From Felis catus (lineage: Eukaryota), in contig NC_058368.1 of NCBI RefSeq assembly GCF_018350175.1, positions 82,400,001 through 82,464,000 of the forward strand: a stretch of 64,000 bases of DNA, written 5' to 3'. Of this stretch, positions 1 to 13,150 are shown one piece after another. A program made the translations under genes and the position numbers. Position 1 is the first letter of the stretch; each line of letters opens with the position of its first letter. A model generated the notes under the pieces. That model was not told the origin of the DNA and made no database searches. It saw only the letters and a program-made list of their open reading frames with translations.

Positions 1-284
1 CACGTGACGTGAGGGCCTCCTCCCCACAGCCTCCCTCGCACACTCCTGCTCATTTATTCCTTAGCTCGGTTTTCTGCCTTCCTCTGGCTGCACACGGCCA
101 GCGTCTGAGGGCCGGCCCGTCCCCACTCACGGGGCATGTGCACCGGGGAAGACGTGAACAAGGGTATGAAGGAGCTGAGTTTCCAGGTTGAAAATGTCCA
201 GCCTGACTCTGCAGGGTGGAGAGTGATTGTCTAACAGGCTAACAGGTGAAAAAACCAATTCACCAAAGGCTCTTTCCTACCCGC

Positions 285-466
285 TTTTTTTTTTTTTTTT
301 TGAGAGAGAGAGAGGGCATGTGCATTGGTGGGGGAAGGGCAGAGAGAGAGAGAGAGAGAGAGAGAATCCTAAGCGGGCTCCACACCAAGCCTGATTTGGG
401 GCTCGAACCCACGACCATGGGATCGTGGACTGAGCTGAAATCAAGATGGAGCCCCCAAGGTGCCCC
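285..466 (-). mobile_element. Can-SINE (tRNA-derived, carnivore), internally deleted
   Basis: polyT tail, (GA)n, ggggctcgaaccc B-box complement; flanking ctctttccta duplicated at 270-279 and 466-475. Confidence 0.85.
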
Positions 467-1397
467 TCTTTCCTAGAAACTTGTAACCGGCTTCCAGCAC
501 TTCTCAAAATTATGATTTTGAGATGCCAACACTGGGGGACAAAATGTGGGGAAAACGTGACCAGGATGACAGGACGTGGTGCCGGGTGTGGTGCAGAGGC
601 CCAGCGACACTAGGCCTGCAGGACTCACCTGGTCGCTGTGGCTCCTCCGCGTGGCACACGTCTGGTCTGACACACATATGAACAGTGACCGTGTGACTGG
701 ACCTTGGGGACTGGTGTCACCACCAGGTCGGACCCAGCCTCACCTCGGTCCACGTCTGGCTCATGTTCTCTGTTGCAGGCTCCCTCCCTGTGCACTCGCT
801 CTTGCTCCTGAGCTGAGCCCCTAGGGCTTGGGGGCGGGAGATGGCTTCTGGAACCCCGGTTTCCGAGTGAAAATCCCAGCCCTGCCGTGTGCATGGGAGT
901 CTCCCGGCCTTGCCTCCCACTCGGCACTCATTGGAGAGAAAGTCCTTTCAAAACCACTTGCTTCCCAAGGGGAGCTCTCTATGCAGCTGCAGGCGTGAGC
1001 AGAGAAGGCATGTCCTCCCTCGGTCTCTGTCTTTCTCAGATGAGTGGGACTTCTGGAAGGTCGCCCCTGGCAGGACATCTGTCAGCTGTCAGCCCACCTG
1101 TTTCCACCCAGAGGGGCCTCCGGCAGGTCTTCTGGGCTGCTGGACTCATGGCTCTGGTCCACCACGGGGGCCATGGCAGATAATGGGGTCAAGACAGACT
1201 TCTCTCTAGCACAACCACTTTGCGGTTGCCCCAGAGTGTTTAGTTTAGTGCTGGTTTGGGACACCTGCAGGGACTGGACACACTGCGCTGATGGTAGGGG
1301 GCGTGGTGTCCTTCTCCTCCTGCTGGCCCCGGTGCCTCTGTTCACAGCTGCTCACCAAAGTCCTGCCCTGCCAGGCATGCTAGAGGCTGGGGCGGCA

Positions 1398-1570
1398 CAT
1401 TAGGTCTGTGGCCATGTGGCCTCTGCCATGGCTACTGAGTTCAGCTGCTACAGCACAGAAGCAGCCACAGACGATATGCAGACAAATGTGCATGGCTGTG
1501 TGCCAATAAAACTTTATTTACAAAATCGGGTGGTGGGCCAGTCATGGCCTGAAGGCCACTGTGTCCCCCT
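1398..1570 (-). mobile_element. MER58A-like hAT-Charlie DNA transposon fragment
   Basis: ggctgtgtgccaataaaactttatttacaaaa resembles recalled MER58A reverse complement. Confidence 0.7.
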
Positions 1571-1692
1571 ACAGGAGACACACGGGGTTTTAACTGAACT
1601 TTAGTGACTTAGAGTCTCATGTTAGTATGTGGAGGGTCTTAACACTAATTTACGTAGAATGGTCAAGAAATAAAAACCGTGTCATAGTGGTC

Positions 1693-1722
1693 TTTTTTGG
1701 TTTTTAAAGTTTACTCATTTAT

Positions 1723-1759
<37 letters not shown>

Positions 1760-1882
1760 CCCAAGCAGATTCCACACTATTAGCACAGAGCCCGACGTGG
1801 GGCTCAAACTCATGAACCGTGAGATTATGACCTGAGCTGAAATCAAGAGTCGGATGCTCAACCAACAGCCACCCGGCGCCTC
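1693..1882 (-). mobile_element. Can-SINE (feliform type)
   Basis: polyT/(GA)n tail, cacagagcccgacgtggggctcaaactc, gagattatgacctgagctgaa. Confidence 0.9.
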
Positions 1883-3872
1883 TCAGTGGTCTTCCTGAAC
1901 ACCCACTGCCCCTTTTCCTGGGCCAGAATGACGCTGACTCCGGGCTCTGGCCCCAGAGAAATGCTATTTCCAGTGTGATCGTAAATTCGGAGAAGTCTTT
2001 GTGGCAGGTGGAACTAAAATGGTCGCAGTTGTATTTAATTTGAACTATTAAGAATTTTTTCACCCTGATTGGACACTGAAGGTCAGACAGGAAATGAAAC
2101 CAGCCACTGGTGCTTCTGTGTTAGCAAGAGGATTTGCGGCCAACTCCAAGTCTCACACCAGCTCTCCGTGTCTGTCTTAATGAGGTGCGGAGCCAGGAGC
2201 CACCGCGGCCTGGGAGTCTGTGCCCCTGGAGCCCTTGTGCGTGGCGGCCTCAGTAGGCGGCCTTCGGGAGGTGATCAGGGCCAGGTGAGGCCCCCCTTGT
2301 GGGATTCCTGTCTGTAGAGAGAGACCAGAGCCCACGGCCTGCCCGGTGAGGACAGGGTGGGAAGAGGCTGCCACCACGAGGGCTGTCAGAAAAAATGTCT
2401 GCTGTTCAAGCCTCTGCGACTTGCTACTGGGCCCAGCCGACTGAAGCAGGAGCAATGGTGGGATGTCCCCAGGCCGGCGGCCAGGCCTCGAGGGGGCTGG
2501 ACTGGGACCTGGACAGGGTAGCCCATGTGTCTGACCCTTCCAGACTCAGAAAGGGCGTTTCCCTGTGGTTGTCGGCGGGAGGAAGGGCACCAGTCTAGCA
2601 GAGCCAGCAGGATGCCACTGTCACTCGGTGCTGCCGGTGCTGAGAGTCACTGGGACACTGAGCCAAAGCTGCTGGAATGAGGCCCTGTTGGCATGACATC
2701 CCAAAGGGAGGGGCCAAGCAGAATCGGCAGGTGCCTGGGGGTGAGGGGGGCTCAGGGGCTGCAGGCCCATCACCGCTGCTCACCGCGGGGCCTCAGGGCA
2801 CCAGCCCCTCTACCCTGCCCCCTGCACAGCCCCATTGTCCGCCCGGCCCCCATCTGCTGTGCTCTGTGTCTGTCTCCCTTGGGCTGCTCAGCGCGTCCAG
2901 ACGGGCCTAGTGTGCGGGCCCCATCCTCATCTGTTGCCTGCAGTATGGTCCCTGGTGGTTTCTACGCTCATCTTGGGTCAGAGATGGGAGTGCACTGGGA
3001 AGTAAGAACGGGTGTGAGGCCCTAACTGTGCACCTCACCAGTCGCACAGGCTCCCGGGCCTCACCGGTCTCTGCCACAGCGGGTACAGGTGCCTTGTCAC
3101 CTGGAGGGTGTGTCTCCTCCAGCAGTCAGCTGGGGACGGGGCCTGTATCTAACCCCAGTACCATCAGAGTCTGGCTCCGCATCTGCTCTGTGAATGCTGG
3201 GCACAGACTTGTGGATGGAAAATTGAACAGGGCCATAGGTAGGCGTGTATGCAGTGGTTGGTGGATGGAGGAAAGGATGGAGGGACAGAGAGAAGAAGCA
3301 GGGAGGGGGAGCGGGAGGGCAGGGAGGAGGAAGGGTGGGGTGGAAGAGGGCAGGGAGAAGGAGGGAAGAGTGGAGGGAGGGCGGGGAGAAGGGGGTGGGG
3401 TGGTGGCAGGAATGGTTGAATGGATGGTCAGGTCAAGGACTGGGTGGGTAAGTGAATTAACAAGAATCCTTTTTTCTCCCTTCCTAATAGAAAACAAATG
3501 TTTTGTTTTAGAGAAAGAGGCAGGCACCAAGGAGTGTCCTTGTTCAGGGCAGAGGACTGCACCTCAAAATGTCCGGCAGCCGCCTCCTCTCGGCTGCCCG
3601 TGCGATGCTGGTGGTGGGGGGAGGGGGACGTGTCAGCCCAGCCTTCCGGGCAGGTGTGTGCCCCCCAAGGCATCTACTCTGGTGTCCTGGACACAGTGGC
3701 CCAGCTGCCCTGCAAGAAGCCGTGGCATCTCCCACTCTGTGGCCCCTGCCTGGCAGACTCCAGTGGCTTCCTTAGGCTCAGAGCCTGGGGCGGATGGGTC
3801 TGAAATAGCCAATGGCCACCCCTGGCCCAGGGATGAACCTCCTCTATTGCTCTCGTGTGTCTTTGTGTCTAG

Positions 3873-3953
3873 GAGCCCAGGCCGCTGGCTGCGGGAAGAT
3901 GCCAGTTTTTCGCCAGTGAGGTGGGTTATGTGCACGACGCCTACCAGACAGAG
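3873..3953 (+). CDS. TMEM255B: TMEM255B internal coding exon (human-equivalent exon 5), [27 protein letters not shown]
   Basis: 81 nt between tctag| acceptor and |gtatgt donor; translation resembles recalled TMEM255B [27 protein letters not shown]; phase 0/0. Confidence 0.9.
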
Positions 3954-4921
3954 GTATGTAAGGCAGGGGTCCGTGAGCTTTCGCTGTGCTAATCCGGGTC
4001 CCCCAGGCATTCTGTGCCCCAGGCCGGGGTCTGGATGCACAGCCTCCTGACTGCCACTCTCTGTGAGCACCCGCGCTCTGTTCCAGCCAGCGCTGGCATT
4101 TCATGCATCGCACCCCTGGGGGGGGTCGCAGCTGCTGGCCATCTCGTGCAGGACGCACAGCAAGCTAGCAGCCCTGTCTGGGCGGGTGTGGCACTGTTAA
4201 CAGCTGCAAAGCACAGTTGGGTCGGCTGCATTTACCTTGGCTGAGAGGCTGGTCCCTGGGCCACTCCCCATGCATGAGACACCAGGAACAAGAGTGCAGG
4301 ATGGACGGCATGCCCTCCCTCTCAGGCCAGCCCCGGCAGCCGTCTTGCCCCAGCTCTGCATGAATGCATCAGCTGCACTGAGCACGGCCTCCCAAACTGT
4401 GCAAATGTCCAGGAGGAGCTGAGAGCCTGGACCACACACCTGGCCAGGCCCCCACGTGGCTTGTGCAGGCTCCTCGACCTCGGGGCCTGGAGGGTCCCTG
4501 CTGCCCCTCCAAGGGGACAGCATTTTTCTCCAAAGGCTGACCCCAGCCTTCCTGGCCTTTTGCCTGGCGGGGGAAGCCCAGGGACTCATCCTGTCCGAGG
4601 GCATCATGGGGCTCTCCAGGCCCTACCCGTGCACCCCACCCATCCACAGACACTTCAGCCGGCCGCCCTTCCTGCTCCCTTCTACTCCTGGCGTCAGGGA
4701 GAGGCAGGACCCCTTCCTGAATCCCATCAGTCAGGCTTCTGAGGACAGGCCCACGTGTCCGGGGCTTGCCCCTTGCTCCCGACCCTCTGTCTCTTAGAAC
4801 CAGCCCAGGGGCTTGAGCAAATCCTGACTCTGGGTCCTGCCTCAGGTTGTTGATTCAGTAGACACAGGATTTGCAAAGCTCCCTGAGGACTCAGGGACCC
4901 ACGCTGCCCGCACGGCTCTAA

Positions 4922-5135
4922 ACCAGGGCCGGCAGCTTGCCCCATAAAGGGTCAGTAATATTTCAGGGTTTATAGGCCAAGTGGTCTCTGTCCCAGCTAC
5001 TCGACCCTGTCTCTCTGGTGTGACAGTGGCCACGGGCAAGGTGTTGTCAGAGAAGCGTGGCTATATGGAGCTTCACCTGCAAAGCAGGCAGTGGGCCAGG
5101 CTGGGCTGGAGACCCTTACTGGCTGACCAGTTCTA
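4922..5135 (-). mobile_element. Degraded MER58A-like element
   Basis: taaagggtcagtaatatttcagggtttataggcca...gtctctgtcccagctactcgaccctg. Confidence 0.55.
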
Positions 5136-5828
5136 ACCCCCGTCCCATGTGGTTGCACACTTCTTGGGAGGGGACACTTAGGGTCAGGCCTCTTGACCTC
5201 CAGATCCCCAGCCTGTGGTGCTAACCTTCCCACCAGGCACGTGCAGCCCTCCCTCCTCCCCATCAGCCTCCAGCCCTGCCCCTCCCAGGGCCCTTTTTCA
5301 TTTCCAGTGAGCCTCCCTCCTGCCCTTGCTTGCACACACCAGAGCGTCCTGTGGCCTGCAGCCACAGGACCCTGAAAGGAAGTCCACAAGTCCAGTGGTT
5401 CTGGAGGTGTGGCCAAAGAGGGGCCGGGGCACCGGGGACGGTCCGAGGGCCTCTGGGGTGGGGCCCCGCTCCCTCACCTGTCCTGGGCCAGCTGAATCCT
5501 TGATGAGAGCCTGGCCCACCAGCCCTCAGCACACCATCCTCCCTCAGAAGCGTCTCCTCCCCAGATGGCACCATCTTCCCTCTGAAGGGGGGTGGTCTCC
5601 ACCCCGGTTACCTCCCACGTGTGGGCGGCATGGCTGTGTCACGTGTTGAAAGCCCTGGGGGAGGGAGGAAGGCACATGGTTTTGCCTAATTTTGCTCTTT
5701 TAACATCAAGTCTCCCAACCACTTGCCATGTCTTTGCAGCAGGTGCCCAAGGGGAGGCCTCCACATGGCTTACACAGGGCTGGCGTGGCAAGGTCGGGCT
5801 GCTGGGAGCTTGTGGCCCTATGTGTGGT

Positions 5829-5937
5829 CACCTGGAGGTGTCCCCACCTGTCCCACCTGTCCCCACCTGGAGACGTTCCCACTTGTCCCCACCTGGAGCC
5901 GACCCACCTGTCCCCACCTGGGGTTGTCCCCACCTGT
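5829..5937. repeat. ~10-bp minisatellite (TGTCCCCACC)n
   Basis: Read directly; 8 CACCTG hexamers. Confidence 0.85.
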
Positions 5938-6205
5938 AGGCACAGAGCCTAGAGCCCTCTCTCTCTCCTTGTCCACCAGACGTTGGCTGCCTGGACTCCC
6001 TGGTGGCCAAGCCTGGTCCTCTGACCCTCCAGCAGGGGAGGGTCCTGCCACCTGCAAGCATGTGGAGGGTCAGGAAATCTGGCTCGGGAGGAGGAGATCC
6101 TGACTGACCCAGGCGCAGTGGCCGGGCCCTGGCCGCCGGGGAGGCAGCCCTGCCCACTCCAGGTCAAGGAAGGGCAGACACCTGACAAGGTCTCTCTGCT
6201 GGCAG

Positions 6206-6291
6206 GTCACCTGTCACTCCTTTAACGGCCAGTGCCTGCTGAAGGTGAAAAGCAGCACCTGTTACTGCTGTGACCTCTACAATTGTCAGAG
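6206..6291 (+). CDS. TMEM255B: TMEM255B exon 6, [28 protein letters not shown](S)
   Basis: 86 nt, ggcag| ... |gtgagg; Cys-rich TCYCCDLY motif typical of TMEM255A/B. Confidence 0.93.
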
Positions 6292-7413
6292 GTGAGGGCT
6301 GGGGCCCAACTGGGCGGCAAGCAGTCCCTCTCCTGGCCCCTGCCCCACGCCTGTGTGAGGGAGGGGTTCTCATCTCACAGATGGGAAACTGAAGCTGCGT
6401 GGGGGGGGGGGGGAGGGACAGGGAGGGACACGGCCTCCTGCCCCATGGTTGTAGCTCTTCCTCGAGCCTGTGTGTCTGGACGCCCAAGTTCCTTAGTGCT
6501 TCCTCCCTGCTTGGCTGGGGCAGGCAGCCGGGGCGGGCTGCAGAAGGTCCCCCTTCTCTTCATCTGCGGGCAGTGGAGGACACTCATCTGTGATGTGGAC
6601 TGTGAGAGCCTCCTCAGGACAGGCCCTGGGTTCTTGGCGCTCAGGCTCGCTCACATGGAGCCGCCGGTGTCCATCCTTAAGGGTCAGGCTTCCTACTAAG
6701 GCCCTGGGCACCGGTTTTGTGTTAATAGCTTGAACACCTACATTAAAACCAGCAGGCTTTCACGTCTGCTCCTTGGGGATGCCTCTCTTGAATTGCTGAA
6801 AACTCCGGGGCTTTAAGCTACAACCTTCTTCCCCCAAAGATGGTTCCCTCCCATTTCCAAGCAAGAGCGGCTAAAGCAGCACGTGTGTGGGTCACCGTCT
6901 CCACGCAGTCCTGAGGGCCCGGCTGCAGGCCCTCGGCCACAGCACCGTGGTCCAGCTACGCACAGATGGCCACAGTCCCGTGTGGGGAGGGCCAGGATGA
7001 ATCCCCTGTGGGCTCACCTTCCTGTGCTCCCTGCCAAGGCAGCCGGGTACAGAGAGCTCCGTGTCAGGCCTGCTCGCTCCGAGGGTGCCCTTCTGTCTGC
7101 GCTTGTGTTTGGGGAGTGGACTTGGGTGGTCCTTCCTGCTCTTTGGGGGCCTTCCTGCTCTTTTGGGGGCCAGGCCTGCTCTTGGGAGGCCTGGGCTCTT
7201 TCCCTGGAGGGATGTCCAGATGCCCTGGGGAACAGCCTTCTCGCCATGAACTCAGGGTGCAGCTGGGCTGGTTCATGAGGGGCGGTGTCCCCCAACCCGT
7301 CCCCTGCAGCACCAACAGAGCCCGCGGGACCTTTACGGCCAAAGACTACAGCCTGTCCGGGAGCAACTCACAGGCTGTGGCACTGGCTGTGACCTGTTCC
7401 CCTCCACCTGCAG

Positions 7414-7573
7414 CACTGAACCTTCTCCCACCTACTACGAGTTCGTGGGCGTGAGCAGCTGTCAGGACGTGCTTCACCTGTACCGGCTACTCTGGGCCTC
7501 AGCAGTGCTGAATGTCCTGGGTGTGTTCCTGGGCATCCTCACGGCAGCTGTCCTGGGGGCCTTCAAGGACATG
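7414..7573 (+). CDS. TMEM255B: TMEM255B exon 7, [53 protein letters not shown] (last TM helix)
   Basis: 160 nt, ctgcag| ... |gtgagt; frame continuous with exon 6; overlaps ORF 7445..7717. Confidence 0.95.
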
Positions 7574-10192
7574 GTGAGTAGGGCCCCCTGGTGCTGGCCC
7601 TACGGACAGGTCGGGGCTCTGGGGCCTGTGTCCTCTGAGGTGGGCAAGGCGGGCCTCCTTATCGTCACTAACAAAGGAGGAAACGGAGGCTCATGGAAAC
7701 TGCCAACTGTCTGTTAGGGCGACAGCAAGCCTTCACTGGTCGCGTCCAGAAGCAGCTACTCTAGGACATGTGCTGCCATCTAGGCAGCCTCTAGGGTGTG
7801 TGGGGACATGCCATTGGACAGCTGTAGGGCTGGGCACTAGGGTGGGCGGGGGCGGGGGCGGGGGTGGGGGCGTGCCATCCAGGAGCTGTAGGGCCGGGTG
7901 CTCCCGGCAGGGATGGGGAAGTGTGATGGGAGAGCTTTAGGGCTGGGCGCTCTGGCAGGGGTGGGGAGCCTCCCCGCAGGAAGCAGCTTACACGTGGGGC
8001 TGGGCAGTGCAGGACCCTTGTCCCCTCTTCTCCCTGAGACTGCTTGTTCCAAACTAGAATTCCTGCGCTGCTCGGCTGGCCCCTCCTGGGGCGGGTCGTC
8101 CTTGGTCGTGGAGGCATGCCATGGGGTCGCCCCCACCTCAGGTCATGGACTCCAGAGAGCACCCAACACTCATTTGAGTTGGGAAAGGGTTCCGTGCCTT
8201 CCATGCTGGCAGGAAGTGGTCTGCACAAGGTCATGGATGTTTCTATGGAAGCCCACTGAATCCCAGTGTAGCCGGTTCAAAGTGTTCAGTCTTGCCGGTT
8301 TCTGGCTAAAGAGGGCTAGATCATAGACAGGAGGTGGGGTGTGTCCACTTAGACCTTTGTCATTCCCGCAAACCTGGTGAAGGTTGATGGGCCGCCCCAG
8401 GAGGGATGTCAGCCCTGTGGGTTTTATGAAAGGGACTGGAGTTCATCAGAGTCTACAATAAAGCTGCTGGAGTGTTTTGTCGAGAATAAAATGATGCCTC
8501 GGAAGGGCCACCAGTCACAATGGGCCACAGAGCTGTGTCTACACTCCGGACAGTTCTCTCGTGCGCACCCACAGCTCTGGGGCATTGACTGAAAGAGGGG
8601 AGGTGATTCCTTAGAGGTTTACACCTACTGAGTAGTCTTATACGTCTAGTGGATTTTATAGCTTAGAAATCATCTTGAGGAATGCAGGAGCTTCATGAGC
8701 AGCCCAGGCGGCAAGTCCTCACACACGGCCGGCCCGGGCAAGAGGGTGGACCCGCCGGGGCCAGACCGGCACGCACGGGAGAGAGAGCAAGGCCAGGCTG
8801 GGCCCCCAGCGTCCCCCGCAGAGGGCTGCCCATGCCAACCCCAACCTGCCCACCCTCCCGAACCCCGAAATGGCACAAGCACAGAGTAAGGTCCAGCGAG
8901 CCCCACTCCAGCCCACGGCATCATCTGCACCCCTTACCCTGTGACCAGCCCTGTGGGCCCAAGCCCCCAGGCCACCAGGGGCAGCTGTTCCTCCTACCGG
9001 ATGTCCCCCACCCCTGCACACCAGGCCTTTGTCCCGGGATGCTCTGCGCACACCCTCTCCCCCCAGCACACCAAGCCTCCATCCCGTGATGCTCTGCGCT
9101 GCCCCCCGCCCCCCTTAAACACCAGGCCTGGGTCCTGTGATGCTCTGCGTGCCCCTCGGCATGCACAGCTCCGGTCTGCCCCGACAGCCCTTAGCTCAAC
9201 CTGGCACACACAGTAGGCACGCAGTAGGGTTTGTTCATGGACGTGGCAGCAGAGCGGTCAGGCCCTCGAACCTAGCCCTGAGTTTTCTGTCTTCCTTCTG
9301 CACCCTTATTCGCCCCTCAGAGTGTGCAGAGGTGGCCTGGGCGGGCGGGGCCAGGAGGTGGCAGGTGCCAGACCTTGGAGCTCCACCTCCAGGGGCCTGC
9401 AGGTGCGGGCAGACCTGGGTGCCCTCTCTGCTTCCAACTGCTCCCTCCCCTCTGCTCGTGCCCTGCACTCCCACTGCTCAGGACCTACCTCCGCTCCCCA
9501 TCAGTGGGGGTGGTGAGTTTCCAGATACGCTGTCGGCAACCGAGGCCCCTTCCTGAAGCATGGGGCCTGCCTGTGGTGTCAGATGGGAATCCAGGTCTGT
9601 CCTGGTGGGAGGGATGCACCTCAGGTCCGGGAGCCCTTGAGCCACCTTCTGGGGAGGGGTCTGTCCTACGGCCCCCCCTTGGGGCCACAGGTGGTGGATG
9701 GCCCAAGTCCTGTTTTCCTCTGGAGAGTTGGAACCATCTGGGTGAGCTAACAAGAGCAGGGCCCTGAGGGGCTGGGACGCTCTGGTGTTATTTGCACATC
9801 TCTGGAAATCCCCACGACCATGCGGTCTAACCCTGTGCTGTGCTGCCTGGGGAGCACATGTGGGGGGTCAGCCCTCCTGCCGCTGCAGCTGGGCAGAGAC
9901 TCCTGGGACACGAGGTCTCTGGAGAGGAGAAGCCAGCATTTTCCTTGCCTTTTCAAATAGAAACCAAAGAGATCCTGGCCTCATCTGGCATCTTGGTGGG
10001 TCCCTGGGACAAATAGAAAGGAAAAATAAGCCCTACTTTTAGGTGTTTAGTTTTGATCTGAGGGCATGGTCTCTCACTTGCAGGTGTCAGATGGGGATGG
10101 TATGTGGATGGGGCTCTGCAGGCTTGAAGCCAGGGGCGCCCACCTTCCGGAGGGCCGCTGACACGTGTCCGTTCTCTCCATTCTTTCGGCAG

Positions 10193-10336
10193 GTCCCTCT
10201 GTCCCAGCTGGCCTACAGCCTCTCCGCTGCACCCCAGATCCTCTGCAACCCTGCCCAGCAGGTCCTGGCCTACACGGGCTTCTGCCCGCCATCCGCACCC
10301 CTCCCCACCTGCTCATCCTACCCTCTGCCTCTGCAG
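10193..10336 (+). CDS. TMEM255B: TMEM255B exon 8, [48 protein letters not shown]
   Basis: 144 nt, polypyrimidine tract plus ggcag| ... |gtaggc; within ORF 10043..10423. Confidence 0.93.
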
Positions 10337-12696
10337 GTAGGCTCAGTATCTCCTGGAGGAAGCCCGTGTGCTCACATTGTGGGCAGTGGTCATCTAGGAC
10401 AGCCGTGGTCAGATGAGACATGAATGGGGGCTCAGGTTGAGGGAAGATGGGGGCCCACAGCCTTCCCTGCCCCCAGTTTAGTAACGGGGTGGCGAAGCCA
10501 GCCTGGACTGGTGAGAGGGCTGGGAACGATGTGAGGGGGGCATGGTGGACAACTCCAACTGTCCCCACCCTTCCTGACGTTTGGGGCTCCTTTGCTCCTT
10601 GTGGCCCTGGTGACCCAGACTTTGGTGTTGCCCGGGCTGTGAGCCTTTTCTGAGCCAGGTCTGGGTCCTGCAGAAGTTCCCACCATGTCCTAGCCAGCCG
10701 CGGAGGCCTGTGAGTACTTATTTAGGGGGAGCCGTGAGCCTTGCCCCCAGCCACACCTCACCCCCAGAAGTGGCCACCTCATAGGGCAAACCCAGCAGGA
10801 CATGCGGGCCTTGGGGCTGTGTGGTGGGGGTGAGCCCTTGTCCCCGGATGGGTGCTCCCCTGGGGCTCCAGTCTTGGCTTTGTTGGGGAGCCCACGTGCC
10901 TGCCAGCTGGCCACCCTGGGGCACAGAGGCCTCACCAGTCTGCCAGCATGAGCAGCTGGGCGTGGGTGCGGGGGGCTCTCTGGAGCCCAGGACGTGGGGT
11001 GCATCACGCAGAGGAAGGGCCGGCTGGGGCAAGCTGAGTGGTGTTCGGGCCTCCTGGTCCAGCAGGATGGGCCCCTGTTCCACGTGCCTTGACCATGAGG
11101 CTGGTGGCTGTGCTCTCTGGGAGTGGGTGTGTGTAGCCTTCGAATCCCGAAGGTGACCCGACCCAGCAGTATCCCCAAAGCCCAGCCCCCTCTGGTCTCT
11201 GCAGGGACAAGCCATGTGGCACCCCCTCCCTCCCAGAAATCATCGGCCGGGTCCTGAGTGATGCCAGGCCCTGGTCCTATGGGGACACTAGGGTGCTCGC
11301 TGCTGCGTCCATGTGAGGCCCTCCTCGAGGGGTCCAGAGAGTCTTCTCCACATCTGTGACACGGGGAGGGATGAGATCAGGGCTCAGGAAATGACAGTGT
11401 TTGCTCACAACCCTATAGCGCTCACCCCCAAGGACAGGCACCGCCCTGAGGCACCGGACACCGCCTTCCCAGATGCCCAGGTGGCCACATGTGGCAGCAT
11501 TATCTTCCCAGGAGCATCGCCCACATCTGCCCTTGGGTATCCCCTCTGGTCCCCACCATGGTGAGGACCACGTGGCCTTGGCCGTGGCCTGTGTCCTGAA
11601 GGCTCTGCTCTGCCTCCCCATCCCCTTAGTCTGCCAAACCCAGAGCGTGAGACCCACAGCTGTAGGGAGACTGGATCCGTGGGCGCTGGGCCCCCTTTGG
11701 TGACCAACCACAGTGCCGTGTCACCCACCCGAGTGTAGGCAGGACTGGCCCAGGTGTGGCTCATCCGCTCCAGGGAGGGGAGGCGTGGCCCTGAGCTGTG
11801 GTGCGTGCTGTAGGGTGGGAGGCAGTCCTGCCAGGGCCCTGGCCCACGTCCGACGTCTCCCACAAGCTTGGCCCCGGGTGCACCCCAAATGCCAGGCCTG
11901 ACTTGCCCTGGCGGCCTGCCGGTCTTTGGGGCAGGCAGCTGCGGGGGGCCCTTGCCGAGTCTGTGTCCTGACCTCAGGCCCCGGGGCCTGTGTCCTGCTC
12001 TTACAGGTTACGGTGCGTCTCCTCAGCAGACGTGCTCCTTGTGGAGGTGGGCATGGCGGGGGCCTTCCACGTGTGGCAGTGGCCTTCCACGTGTCGGCTT
12101 TATTCCTGTGCCACATTCCACCCCCAGTCACCTTCAAGGCCTCTGGCTTGTCGCAAACACAGATGCTCTCTCTTTGCCCCGGGGGGCCTGGGTCCTCCCC
12201 TGCCTCTCTAGCCTCCATCTGCAGCATGCACGGGGGCGTAATTACATACGTGTCCACGCCGAGATCTGGGGAGATGACCGGTCAGGGGCCTCCAGGTGTC
12301 CCCCGGGGAGAGAAGCAGAGCCAAAGCGGTCTCTGTGACCAATGGAGAGGGAAACGGGGTGCTCCAAGTGCCGTCATTGGCAGCAAAGTATACCCCACGC
12401 AGTAGCAGGGAGTAGACGGTGGTCAGGAGCAGCGGTAGTCAGGGCTGTTTGGAGCCATTCGTCAAAAGGAAGACCTTAAAGGGACCTCACCTCCCTGCTC
12501 CCCAGGTTGCCTGGCCAGGACAAGCAGGATGGCTCGTCTGCTTCCCTGATGGGGCTGCCTGTGTGGACAGAGCTGTCCCAGTGGGGCCTGTCTGCCAGTG
12601 GGGTCTGTCTGCCAGAGCTGTCCCAGTGGGGCCTGTCTGCCAGTGGCCCCAGTGGGGCCTGTCTGCCAATTGCTTCCTCATAGCAATTTCCTTGGT

Positions 12697-13150
12697 GATC
12701 TGTAGTGGTTTAGTCTGTGGTTCATGGTGGTTTAGTCTGTGGTCTGTGCTTACTCTGTTGTTGGTGGTGGTTTTCTCTGTGGTCTGTGGTGCTTTAGTCT
12801 GTGGTTCATGGTGGTTTAGTCTGTGGCCTGTGGTGGTTTTGTCTGTGGTCTGTGGTGCTTTATTCTGTCCTCTGTGGTGGTTTATTCCATGGTCTGTGGT
12901 GGTTTAGTCTGTGGTTCATGATGGTTTAGTCTGTGGCCTGTGGTGGTTTATTCCATGGTCTAAGGTGGTTTAGTCTGTGGTTCATGATGGTTTAGTCTGT
13001 GGTGGTTTTGTCTGTGCTCTGTGGTGGTTTATTCCATGGTCTACGGTGGTTTAGTCTGTGGTTCATGGTGGTTTAGTCTGTGGTCTGTGGTGGTTTAGTC
13101 TGTGGTCTGTGATGGTTTTGTCTGTGGCTTGTGGTGATTTACTCTGTGGT
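12697..13150. repeat. ~19-bp GT-rich minisatellite (GTGGTTTAGTCTGTGGTCT-like)
   Basis: Read directly; about 20 degenerate units. Confidence 0.92.

Noticed and set aside
1..3872. Searched for upstream TMEM255B exons (FCCAIVDGVF-type exon 4)
   Set aside because: No match found by eye; presumably upstream of the window.
3028..4050. 340-aa + strand ORF
   Set aside because: Non-ATG start, runs through a purine-rich low-complexity tract and crosses TMEM255B exon 5 in the wrong frame.
12419..12907. Hydrophobic ORF resembling a membrane protein
   Set aside because: Hydrophobicity comes from translating the GT-rich minisatellite.
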